From: a virus
Lineage: Duplodnaviria; Heunggongvirae; Uroviricota; Caudoviricetes
Direction: 5' to 3' (one strand)
IMG/VR virus record: IMGVR_UViG_3300042992_000089
Length of the DNA stretch: 54,488 bases
Within the stretch, counting starts at the first letter, position 1; every line of letters starts with the position of its first letter. A program made the position numbers and the translations under genes. Below are positions 17,266 through 26,661 of this stretch, piece after piece. The notes beneath the pieces were generated by a model, which ran no database searches, was not told where the DNA came from, and saw only the letters and a list, made by a program, of their open reading frames with translations.

Positions 17266-18516
17266 ATGCCTGAAAATCAATCCTTGCTGCAACAGCTAGA
17301 AGAGATTCTACACTGGAAAAAAAGTAAAAAGTTCTATGCTGATAAGCTTGGAATTACAGAGTTTGAGGTGGATGAGCTATTAAAAGAATTAAGAAATCAA
17401 GAGAAGAGTGAAGAAGATGCTGAGATAGGGAACTATATTGCTGATCTAGAAAACAGGGTTATTAAGTTTACAGAAGATCTAGCTAAGGGTACAGGAGAGG
17501 TTGTAGCCAACTTTAGCGAAGAGGTTAAGAGTTTAGACGAACTCATTGAGAAATGTAAGATAGATACAGAGAAGTGGGAGATAACCAAATATGTTCAAAA
17601 CTTCTGGGGAAATGGAAACAATCCTCATTGGCAAGTCAAAGCATGGTTAGGGAAGAAGTCTACAGAACAAGTTTTTCAAGATGTGTTTGTAGACTTTTTA
17701 GCTTCATATAAGCCTGTGTCTCAAGAAGTTATGAGTCCTAAGGTTGACTTTAACAAACCAAATGGTATGTTAGTTATCAACAAACAAGACTCTCACTTAA
17801 ACAAATGGGACATAGATGGTAATAATAATGTAGCAGATAGACTAGCTAACATTATGTACAAGGTGGAACTGATAGCTAATCAAGCTCAGTTATCCAACAA
17901 CTTGCAGAACATAACTTACATAATAGGATCTGATGAGTTTAACAGTGAGTATACAAATGCCACTACAAAAGGAACTCCTCAACAGAACACGCATACATAT
18001 CATACATCTTTTGAATACATCTGTGGACATGAGGTGTTAATGATTACAATGTTATTACAATATGCTCAGAATGTAAATGTAATCTATGTGGCAGGTAATC
18101 ATGATGAGTTTGTAGGTTGGCATTTAGTTAACTGGTTACAAACCTACTTCAGAAATACAGAGAGATTAGCATTTGATTTATCTCCTAAGTATAGAAAGTA
18201 TGTAAGCTATGGTGATTCAGCATTGATGTTTAACCATGGAGATGCTATCAAACCAGCTAAGCTTGCAGCTTTATTCCCAATAGAGTTTAGAGAACATTGG
18301 TCTAGTCATAGCAAGTTTTACATTTTTACAGGAGACAAACACCATGAGGTGAGTCATGATTTCAATGGTATAAAGTTTTATCAAATTCCAGCATTTTCAA
18401 ATGCTAAAAGTCTTTGGGACGACAAGATGGGTCACACAATGTCCAAGGCAGAAGTAACAGGATTTTTAATAGATGACTGTGATGGGATGACAAATATATT
18501 CAAACAGTATTTATAA
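17266..18516 (+). CDS. HTH-fused calcineurin-like metallophosphoesterase
   Basis: N-terminal HTH-like KKFYADKLGITEFEVDELLK; metal motifs QDSHLNK (DxH), GSDEFN, VAGNHD, FNHGD, TGDKHH. Confidence 0.8.
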   Translation: MPENQSLLQQLEEILHWKKSKKFYADKLGITEFEVDELLKELRNQEKSEEDAEIGNYIADLENRVIKFTEDLAKGTGEVVANFSEEVKSLDELIEKCKIDTEKWEITKYVQNFWGNGNNPHWQVKAWLGKKSTEQVFQDVFVDFLASYKPVSQEVMSPKVDFNKPNGMLVINKQDSHLNKWDIDGNNNVADRLANIMYKVELIANQAQLSNNLQNITYIIGSDEFNSEYTNATTKGTPQQNTHTYHTSFEYICGHEVLMITMLLQYAQNVNVIYVAGNHDEFVGWHLVNWLQTYFRNTERLAFDLSPKYRKYVSYGDSALMFNHGDAIKPAKLAALFPIEFREHWSSHSKFYIFTGDKHHEVSHDFNGIKFYQIPAFSNAKSLWDDKMGHTMSKAEVTGFLIDDCDGMTNIFKQYL

Positions 18517-19253
18517 TGGCAACATTAAGACAAATGGTTTCAGATGTACGTTCAGTACATAAATTGCTCACTACAGATAATCTAATTACTGATAGAGTGG
18601 TTGCGTCTGAAATCAAGAACAACACATTTTTACTAATCAAACGTGAGACTAATCTCAGAAAGCTTTGGGCTACTGATACTGTATTTCAAACACTTCCTTG
18701 TTTGGAAATGCTAGAGGTGCCTATTTCTGATTGCTGTGAATATGTGGACCCTTGTCAAGTTGCAAGAAGCAAATACAAACTTCCTCGCATCAGTGAGGGA
18801 AACTATCAATACTTAATCCAAGGTGTTTATTCTATAAACGCTATGGGAGGTAAAGGAAAAAGATTCAAAGAGATTACAATCAATAGATACTTAAATCTAT
18901 TAAAACTTCCTATCATAAAAGCTGAACAATACTATTGGATAGCTAATGGTGGGTATCTATATGTTAACAATCCTAACTTAAAATCAGTTAGAATATCTGC
19001 ATTCTTTGAAGAAGATATTCCAAACAGTATTTTATATCCTGATGATTGTGCTTGTGGAAACATTCCTTCTGTAACAAATGAAGAGTATTGTATAAATCCA
19101 TTAGACAAAGAGTTTGGATGCCCAGGCTACTTAATAACACAAGTGTTACAACTTACTTCTCAAAAACTATTATCGACATACTTTAGCATTAAAACAGACC
19201 AAACATTTGATGGCATTGATGGACAAGCTCCCAATGCAAAACCAACAAGCTAA
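18516..19253 (+). CDS. Putative tail ring (tubular) protein
   Basis: 245 aa starting MATLRQMVSDV; first gene of the ring/IHF-like/ring/muzzle block seen in crAss-like phages. Confidence 0.55.
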   Translation: MATLRQMVSDVRSVHKLLTTDNLITDRVVASEIKNNTFLLIKRETNLRKLWATDTVFQTLPCLEMLEVPISDCCEYVDPCQVARSKYKLPRISEGNYQYLIQGVYSINAMGGKGKRFKEITINRYLNLLKLPIIKAEQYYWIANGGYLYVNNPNLKSVRISAFFEEDIPNSILYPDDCACGNIPSVTNEEYCINPLDKEFGCPGYLITQVLQLTSQKLLSTYFSIKTDQTFDGIDGQAPNAKPTS

Positions 19254-19729
19254 TGCGTACTAAGATAGACTGGAGAAGCTCTAGTAAAGAAAACTACAGT
19301 AACTTTTGTAAGAAACATCCCACCATAAAAATTACATTTGATGAGTGGCGAAACATTATATATTTATATAATGACAATTTTAAAAACTACATTCTAGAAA
19401 CAGGAGAGAAAGCAAGACTTCCTTTTGGCTTTGGTGAGTTCTCTATCAATAAAAAGAAGAGAAAGAAAACAAAGACAGTTGATGGAAAAGAAGTGGTTAA
19501 CCTACCAGTAGACTGGCAGAAGACAAAACAAAAGGGAAAAATCATCTACAACTTCAACTTTCATACAGAGGGATTCTTTTTTGGTTGGATGTGGTTTAAA
19601 GAGTCCACTAGGATTCGTAATATAAATCTTTGGTATTTCAAACCTTCTCGTACCACTTCTAGATTGCTGTCACATTACATAAAAACAGATGATAAATACC
19701 AACACATTTATTGTGAATGGAAAAAATAA
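19253..19729 (+). CDS. IHF/HU-like DNA-binding protein
   Basis: Basic 158 aa; ILETGEKARLPFGFGEFSINKKK matches the HU/IHF core; conserved position between ring genes in crAss-like phages. Confidence 0.7.
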   Translation: MRTKIDWRSSSKENYSNFCKKHPTIKITFDEWRNIIYLYNDNFKNYILETGEKARLPFGFGEFSINKKKRKKTKTVDGKEVVNLPVDWQKTKQKGKIIYNFNFHTEGFFFGWMWFKESTRIRNINLWYFKPSRTTSRLLSHYIKTDDKYQHIYCEWKK

Positions 19730-19735
19730 AAGAAC

Positions 19736-20707
19736 ATGGCATACTATTACAGATACAATTTTGTCTCACCTGAACCAATTTATTCAGTTGTTAAGGAAGA
19801 GTTAAAATCCTACTTTGACACAGGAGCAGTGGATGATTTGCTTTTCCCTACTTACTTAGACAAATGTCTACAGAAGTTAGGTAGGTCAAGTTATGTCATT
19901 GCTGAACAGACGCTAGATATTTCTGGTTATGAGGCTAGACTTCCTGATAACTTCTTTGCTGTTAGAGAGGCTTGGATGTGTACAGAGATACCATCTAACT
20001 ACCCATATCAAACAGCTAACTCGTTCTATTCTCAAGCTGCTTCTCAAACAACAATACAAGTCTCTCCTATTATTAGTGGTGGAGTTCCTTGTGTAGAACC
20101 TAACTGTACAACAGGATGTCCTACGTGTATGCCTGATATCATCCAAGCAGTATATAAAACCAATCAACAGATTGCTAGATCAATAAAAAGAGAATACTTA
20201 TTAAAACCAGGTAATATATCTTGTCAAAGTAAGTGTGATGTAAGTTATACAGATGCTTGGGAATTCTATACACCTGCTCCTCCTATACATGAGTTCACTC
20301 CAGGATCAGCAGGATATGATAGCTTTGACATTAGAGATAATAAGTTTGTCACTAACTTTGGTTGTGGTATAGTTCATATGATATTCTATGCTACAGACTA
20401 TGATGCTATTGGTAATCAGTTAATTCCTGATAACTATCGTATTAGAGAGTTTGTAGAAGCGTTTATTAAATACAAGGTGTTTGAGACATTGGCTAATCAA
20501 ATCAATGATGAAACTTTTAATCAAATACAACAGAAGCTAGCATATTACAAACAGCTACATGATGAAGCATTCATTATGGCTTACACTGAAATTAAGAAGC
20601 AAGACGCATGGACTAAACAAAGAAGAGTAAGAAATGACTTACAACGCTTTGGACAATATGAATTACCAAATAGAAGCTCAAGATATGGCAGAGGATGGAA
20701 TAGATAA
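19736..20707 (+). CDS. Tail tubular/ring protein (P22 gp4-like position)
   Basis: 323 aa directly upstream of the stabilisation protein; GYEARLP and LIPDNYRIREFVEAFIKYK segments; Cys-rich insert. Confidence 0.6.
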   Translation: MAYYYRYNFVSPEPIYSVVKEELKSYFDTGAVDDLLFPTYLDKCLQKLGRSSYVIAEQTLDISGYEARLPDNFFAVREAWMCTEIPSNYPYQTANSFYSQAASQTTIQVSPIISGGVPCVEPNCTTGCPTCMPDIIQAVYKTNQQIARSIKREYLLKPGNISCQSKCDVSYTDAWEFYTPAPPIHEFTPGSAGYDSFDIRDNKFVTNFGCGIVHMIFYATDYDAIGNQLIPDNYRIREFVEAFIKYKVFETLANQINDETFNQIQQKLAYYKQLHDEAFIMAYTEIKKQDAWTKQRRVRNDLQRFGQYELPNRSSRYGRGWNR

Positions 20708-23700
20708 TCAAGGAACATCTAACGTAAGACAAGAATTTAATCTTGGCAGAGTTGGATTAGACATGGACTCTTCTGTAAATCAAATACAGAAGGGTAAGCT
20801 TTCTTATGCTCTAAACGCAGCATTAGAAAACTTTGACGCTAATTCTGTAAGCTATCAGAATGAGCCAAGTAATGAAGCTTGCTTAGAGTTTCCTGAAGGC
20901 TTTCAGCTTATTGGAACTCATTTCATACAAGAGAAAAACAAACACATATTCTTCTTAGCGAATCCTCAAACAGGAGGAAGTGAGATAGGATATATGGATA
21001 ACAATGATTGTGTATATCGCACACTTTGTACTCCTATTCCTGATACAGACTTAACAGTTTGTGCTAACTCAGAATGTTTAAACTTTGATATAAACTATCC
21101 AATACACAAGGCTGTACATAAGATTACAAACTGTACCACTGAGGTTTATTGGACTGATGGATTAAATCCAAGAAGATATATTAACATTGAGCAAGTTCCA
21201 TATGTTTTTTCATATGAAGGAGGTAATACTTGTGATCCAACTATTCTAGTAGTAGATGGACAAGGAGTTCTTGATTGTAATAAGTTAGATGTACAACCTA
21301 ACTTTCAAATTCCTAATATAGAAGTTGCTGAAATTGTTGTAGGAGGAGATTTGAGAGCTGGTACTTATCAATTTGCTATTCAATATGGTAATGCTTCAGG
21401 AGATGCTTATACATCCTACTTCTCTATAACTAATCCTACATCTATTGCTAATACAGAAATAACAACTCCTGATTTTCAATATTCTGTAGGTGAATCTATT
21501 GTATTAAATATTACTAACTTAGATGTTACAGGATACTTCCAATACTTTAACTTAGCTGTTATAAAGACCATTAATAATGGTACCACTGTAGAATTAGTGG
21601 GAACATATAACATTGAAGAAAAGTCTACAAGTATAACTTATACAGGACAGAACACAACTCAGATTCCTTTGAGTCTTGCAGATGTTCTTGAAAAGTTTCC
21701 TTATTATGAGATTGCTCAAGATGTAACAAACGTACAAGATGTTATTGTTTGGGACAACTTAACTTCTATTGATAGAATCAACTATCAAAGCGTTGCTAAT
21801 CAAGTACAACTTCAATGGGAGACATATAAACTGCCAGCTGGTAACACCTATGCTGATGGTTTTTATACTTCCAACTTAAGAGGATATTTAAGAGATGAGG
21901 TTTATGCATTTGAAATTGTATTCTTATTAACCAATGGTAAGCAAACAGATGGTTTTCATATTCCTGGTAGATCACCAATTTCTAATGATTTAACTCCTAT
22001 TTATGAAACTGGTCCTAATGCAACTCCTGACTTCATAGGTACTGCTACTAATGTTGAACCTGTTACACTTTATAAATATAGTCCTAATTGGAAAATATAT
22101 AATACAGCCAGTGTATCTACAACGTATCCTGTTCCTACAGACAATACTAGGAAGATAGGAGAGGCATACCCTTATCAATCTGGAGACTTTGCATATTGGG
22201 AGTCTACTGAGGAGTATCCATGTAACGTAGATGTATGGGGAGACTTAGCTGGTAAACCAATTAGACACCATAAATTTCCTGATGTTCTTGTAAGTCCTTA
22301 CTTTGAGAGTCCAAGCATTGTATATAATGGAGGTCAGATAGAACCTGTAATGCAAGTTGCCAATGCTATCTATCCAATAGGTGTGAAGATAGATGTACAA
22401 CAAGTGGCATTTGCTATTCAAAGCTCTAGTTTAACAAATGAAGAGAAGGCATCTATTGCTGGATTTAAAATAGTAAGAGGTAATAGAAGTACAAACAAAT
22501 CTATTATTGCTAAAGGTATTCTTAGAAATGTAGGTAAATACACTAGAGAAGATCCTGCTGATCCTAATGCTACATACTACTACTATCCTAACTATCCATA
22601 CAATGACTTAAGTGAAGATCCATTCTTACTTGAGAGAAACAATGCTTACAACTCTCAATGTGATACGTTCTCTGTATCAGTGACAACTCCTGGTATCTTA
22701 CAATACACAAACTGTTTTACAGGAGAAGTAGATACACAAGCTTTTACTAGCAGTACCACTGAAATATGTTCTATCACACTTCCTGTTGTAAATAGTGGTT
22801 CTGCAACATTTACAAATACTACAACTACTACTTATACAATTACAAATAATTCAGCTGTTAGTTCTGTTACATTTAATTATACAGATCCAGTTACAGGAGC
22901 ATTACAAAGTATAACAGTAGGTAGTGTTGTAGGTGGTAACAACGTTAAAACATTTAACTCTACCACTTTCCCTGTAAGAACATCAGGACTAAGTAATTAT
23001 AAAATAGTAGCTAGCAACACAAGTGAAAACTTAAATTGTTATCCTAATAAATTAGATGGATTTAATAATCCTGAGTCTGCTTACAGACAAGTATTTAATT
23101 CTCCAGAGACTTCTTTTGGACAACCTACACTAGGTAATGTTCTTAAGTTAGAGAGTGTATTATTTGGTGGAGGAAGAGCTCATTTTGTTGAAGTGCAGAA
23201 ACATGCTATGTATAAGCTTATCACTGAACAAACACAAGTTGATGCTTTAACCTCTAGTAAGAGAATAGCTGATCTTGGGGGATTTAGTCCTACAGCATTC
23301 TTTACAGCATATCAAACTTACTTACAGATTTATATCAATGGTATTAGTAGACAAAACTTTGCATATTCATTTAACTCTATATCTAGTTATGATTATAGTG
23401 CAGATATTTCTAATAATCAAGGAATTAAACAAAGACAACTTGATCTAGCTCAATACGTATTTCCAGGTGTACAGAACGTAGGTGATAATTATGATCTTAA
23501 TAACTGGAACAGAGAGTCTTCAGTTTATGTTAAAACTATTGATGTTAGAAATGGAATACCTGTATCACCTTTGCCATATCCTAATGACACCCCTTCTCTT
23601 GTTGTAGCAGGTGTAAGTCAAATTAGTGACACTTCAAGATTTACAATTTCAGAAGCAGAAAACTGTGCTAGTCCTGAAGCTCAGAGAGATATCAAAGTAG

Positions 23701-26195
23701 TATCTTACTATGGTTCTATAAAGGCTATTAATAATGCTCAATGGGGACAGATATATTCATATCAAACTATTGACACAGGATTCCAAAGAATATTCAGTGC
23801 AATATCTGCTAATGATCCTGAAGTAATATTTGGTGGTGATACATATATTGGTAAGTTTGGATTTAAAACAAAACTTCCATTCTTTATTGATAATAGAGTG
23901 AATGCTCCTGATGATTCTGATATATATTATGATGAGATAGGTAATGTAGCTTACCCACAATATTGGTATTCAGCAAGATCTATCTTGTCTGATTTTACTG
24001 TAGGCTCTACTGTAATGAAGAATATAATCTCTACCAAAGCACATTATCTTGATTGTCCTAATGATGATATTGCTGACAGTGGTACAACAACTTCTACAAC
24101 TACACCTGCTCCAGGAACAGTAATAGCTGGTTCTTTGAATTATGTGTATGATGGTAAGATGTACTTGTTTGCTTATGGTATTCCTTACTATTATGTAGAG
24201 AGTTCTATTAATGTAGACTTACGTCAGGCATTCAATAACTTAGAAGGTGACTTCTATCCACATGTAAGTTCAGGTATCCCTGATACTTGGTTCCAAGAAA
24301 GTAGAGTTCCTATTGCTCTTGATAATACATATTATTACAATACAACCTTCTCTAAGCAGAATGTAGAGAACTTCTTCTCTCACTTGCCTGCAGATTGGAT
24401 ACAGCAATTATGTTATAAAAACTTTCCATTCAGAGCAATATACTCTGATAGACAAGAAAGTTATTCTGACAATAGAATAAATAGCTGGTTGATATATCGT
24501 CCAGTGAGCTTCTTTGATTTCCCTCAAAACTATGGTAATCTTATATCTTTAGATGGTATTCAGAACAGAGCTACACTAGCTAGATTTGAGAACAAGACAT
24601 TGTTATATGGTAACATGTTAACATTGAATACAAGTAATCCTCAAGCAGCTTATTTAGGTAATCCTTCATTATTCAGCAGTGTTGAACCACCTCCTATAGA
24701 TTACGCTGAAACAGATCTTGGATATGTTGGTTGTCAAAATAAGATGTTGCTTAAGATACCTCAAGGGCAGATAACTATTGATGCTAAGAGATGTCAAGTA
24801 TTTTTAATTCAAGGAACACAAGCAACTGATATTTCAGGATTTGGTTCTGGTCTTAATAGATTCTTTACAAATCATTTAGCATTTGAAATACTAAGATACT
24901 TCCCAACAGTTAACACAGATAATCATTTCAAGAATATTGGTATTCATGGTGTGTATGATAGTGTATTTGAAAGAGTAATAATTACTAAGTTAGACTATGT
25001 TCCACAACCAGGTAAAGAGGTATTTTATGATGAGGTGGTTAAACAGTTTTATGTTGACCAACCAGTAGCTGGTGATCTTGTAGTTAAGAAATATATCGAG
25101 GTGACAGATCTTGAATACTTCTGTAACAAATCATGGACTGTTTCATTTAACTTCAATACAAAGAGTTGGGTGAGTTTTCATACATATCTTCCTAACTTCT
25201 ATATAGGAGAAAACAGCTTCTTCTATTCTGGATTAAATGAAGGTTGTGATGTCACAGCAGTGGCAGTTGTACCAATACCTTCTCCAACCACAACTACAAC
25301 AACAACAAGAATTATATACTGTAACCTAACTGGTACAGCTGTAGTGGTAGGATATCCTTGTCTTTTAGGAGGAACAGCTTCACAACAAACCACTACCACT
25401 ACAACAACATCTACATCTACTTCTACTAGTACCACTACTACTACCACAACTGCTGTGCCTTTTGACTGTATATTAATTCCAGGATCTTTTACAACAGAAC
25501 CTGATTGTAGATTAACAGCAGGAGAATTTATACGTGTATCTGTTACTACAACAAGTACAACAACTCCTACTCCTACAACTAGCACTACCACTACACCACA
25601 ACCATCTCTTTATAGATATAGTTCAGCAGGTCCTGATGATGCTTGTGGTACTGCTTTAACAATGACAAATGTAATATTGACTGATCCACCATTCTGTTCT
25701 GCAACTGCAATTCAATGTGATGAGTTTGTACTATCACCAGCTGGTGTACCAGTATGGGTTCGCACTGGTAATAGCTATAGAGCTGCAACAATCAATGATC
25801 CTAATACATCTGGAATTGCTACATTCGATGTAGGAACATGTATTGTATGTACAACTACAACTAGTACTTCTTCTACTACTACTACCACTACAACTGCAGC
25901 ACCTGTTGCAAGAACTGTAACTAACCTTGGTGCAAGTGCTTCTGATATATTAGGAGAGATTTATATAGATTCCTCAGTTACTCTTAGTGGTAATGTAAAT
26001 GTAGATACTATAATAGAAGTAGTTGTGTCCACTAGTACATATGGTGATATCACTGTATATGTTACAATACTCAATGGTAACAATGCAGGAGTTGGTTCAA
26101 CTTCTGTTGGAATGGGAAGTCTTCCATCAGTATCAGGTCAATGTATTGCATCTTCTGATAATGTATATGTAACTTTCATTGGGTATGAATGTTAA
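20685..26195 (+). CDS. Tail stabilisation/muzzle protein (P22 gp10-like), main part with Thr-rich C-terminal extension
   Basis: GLDMDSS...GKLSYALNAALE N-terminus, GYLRDEVYAFEIV, FGGDTYI, KSWVSFHTYLP. Start chosen at MAEDG (20685) rather than 20634 to minimise overlap with the upstream gene. Confidence 0.75.
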   Translation: MAEDGIDNQGTSNVRQEFNLGRVGLDMDSSVNQIQKGKLSYALNAALENFDANSVSYQNEPSNEACLEFPEGFQLIGTHFIQEKNKHIFFLANPQTGGSEIGYMDNNDCVYRTLCTPIPDTDLTVCANSECLNFDINYPIHKAVHKITNCTTEVYWTDGLNPRRYINIEQVPYVFSYEGGNTCDPTILVVDGQGVLDCNKLDVQPNFQIPNIEVAEIVVGGDLRAGTYQFAIQYGNASGDAYTSYFSITNPTSIANTEITTPDFQYSVGESIVLNITNLDVTGYFQYFNLAVIKTINNGTTVELVGTYNIEEKSTSITYTGQNTTQIPLSLADVLEKFPYYEIAQDVTNVQDVIVWDNLTSIDRINYQSVANQVQLQWETYKLPAGNTYADGFYTSNLRGYLRDEVYAFEIVFLLTNGKQTDGFHIPGRSPISNDLTPIYETGPNATPDFIGTATNVEPVTLYKYSPNWKIYNTASVSTTYPVPTDNTRKIGEAYPYQSGDFAYWESTEEYPCNVDVWGDLAGKPIRHHKFPDVLVSPYFESPSIVYNGGQIEPVMQVANAIYPIGVKIDVQQVAFAIQSSSLTNEEKASIAGFKIVRGNRSTNKSIIAKGILRNVGKYTREDPADPNATYYYYPNYPYNDLSEDPFLLERNNAYNSQCDTFSVSVTTPGILQYTNCFTGEVDTQAFTSSTTEICSITLPVVNSGSATFTNTTTTTYTITNNSAVSSVTFNYTDPVTGALQSITVGSVVGGNNVKTFNSTTFPVRTSGLSNYKIVASNTSENLNCYPNKLDGFNNPESAYRQVFNSPETSFGQPTLGNVLKLESVLFGGGRAHFVEVQKHAMYKLITEQTQVDALTSSKRIADLGGFSPTAFFTAYQTYLQIYINGISRQNFAYSFNSISSYDYSADISNNQGIKQRQLDLAQYVFPGVQNVGDNYDLNNWNRESSVYVKTIDVRNGIPVSPLPYPNDTPSLVVAGVSQISDTSRFTISEAENCASPEAQRDIKVVSYYGSIKAINNAQWGQIYSYQTIDTGFQRIFSAISANDPEVIFGGDTYIGKFGFKTKLPFFIDNRVNAPDDSDIYYDEIGNVAYPQYWYSARSILSDFTVGSTVMKNIISTKAHYLDCPNDDIADSGTTTSTTTPAPGTVIAGSLNYVYDGKMYLFAYGIPYYYVESSINVDLRQAFNNLEGDFYPHVSSGIPDTWFQESRVPIALDNTYYYNTTFSKQNVENFFSHLPADWIQQLCYKNFPFRAIYSDRQESYSDNRINSWLIYRPVSFFDFPQNYGNLISLDGIQNRATLARFENKTLLYGNMLTLNTSNPQAAYLGNPSLFSSVEPPPIDYAETDLGYVGCQNKMLLKIPQGQITIDAKRCQVFLIQGTQATDISGFGSGLNRFFTNHLAFEILRYFPTVNTDNHFKNIGIHGVYDSVFERVIITKLDYVPQPGKEVFYDEVVKQFYVDQPVAGDLVVKKYIEVTDLEYFCNKSWTVSFNFNTKSWVSFHTYLPNFYIGENSFFYSGLNEGCDVTAVAVVPIPSPTTTTTTTRIIYCNLTGTAVVVGYPCLLGGTASQQTTTTTTTSTSTSTSTTTTTTTAVPFDCILIPGSFTTEPDCRLTAGEFIRVSVTTTSTTTPTPTTSTTTTPQPSLYRYSSAGPDDACGTALTMTNVILTDPPFCSATAIQCDEFVLSPAGVPVWVRTGNSYRAATINDPNTSGIATFDVGTCIVCTTTTSTSSTTTTTTTAAPVARTVTNLGASASDILGEIYIDSSVTLSGNVNVDTIIEVVVSTSTYGDITVYVTILNGNNAGVGSTSVGMGSLPSVSGQCIASSDNVYVTFIGYEC

Positions 26196-26216
26196 AATAA
26201 TATAAAATAAAATAAT

Positions 26217-26651
26217 ATGCCATTTTCAGCAACAATAAGTTTAAATTTTGCAGGAGCAAACACTGGTCCTTTTGATCTTTTTTCAGATGCAGACACTTAT
26301 GCTGTAGCATTTGCATTAGCAGTTCCTAAAGCGTCTTTGCTTGCAGGATATTTATCAAGTGCTGTTCCTGATTTTACAACAATCTGTAGAGTTAAATCTA
26401 CAGGAGCGTGTGTTAATTATGTAGACATGCCTCTTGATGATCCTTACATATTTGTATATACAAGATGTGATACAGGAGATGAGTATTATAAGATAGGATT
26501 AATAACAACAGGAAATGTACAAGATACTAATACACCTACAGCAAACTGTTATCAATATGTTGCTCAAGGATTACTATCAGCCATGACTATTGCCTATCCA
26601 AGTTTAACAATTAACAATACTTTATCTGCTTCAAGTTGTCCTTGCGTTTAA
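26217..26651 (+). CDS. Small 'GPF'-domain decoration protein
   Basis: N-terminal AGANTGPFDLFS...LLAGY...RVKSTGACVNYVD paralogous to 16461; short Cys-containing C-terminal domain. Confidence 0.6.
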   Translation: MPFSATISLNFAGANTGPFDLFSDADTYAVAFALAVPKASLLAGYLSSAVPDFTTICRVKSTGACVNYVDMPLDDPYIFVYTRCDTGDEYYKIGLITTGNVQDTNTPTANCYQYVAQGLLSAMTIAYPSLTINNTLSASSCPCV

Positions 26652-26661
26652 AATAATATAA

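Noticed and set aside
20634-20684. ORF-track start of the stabilisation gene at 20634
   Set aside because: It overlaps the upstream gene by 74 nt; the ATG at 20685 (MAEDG) gives a shorter overlap and fits better.
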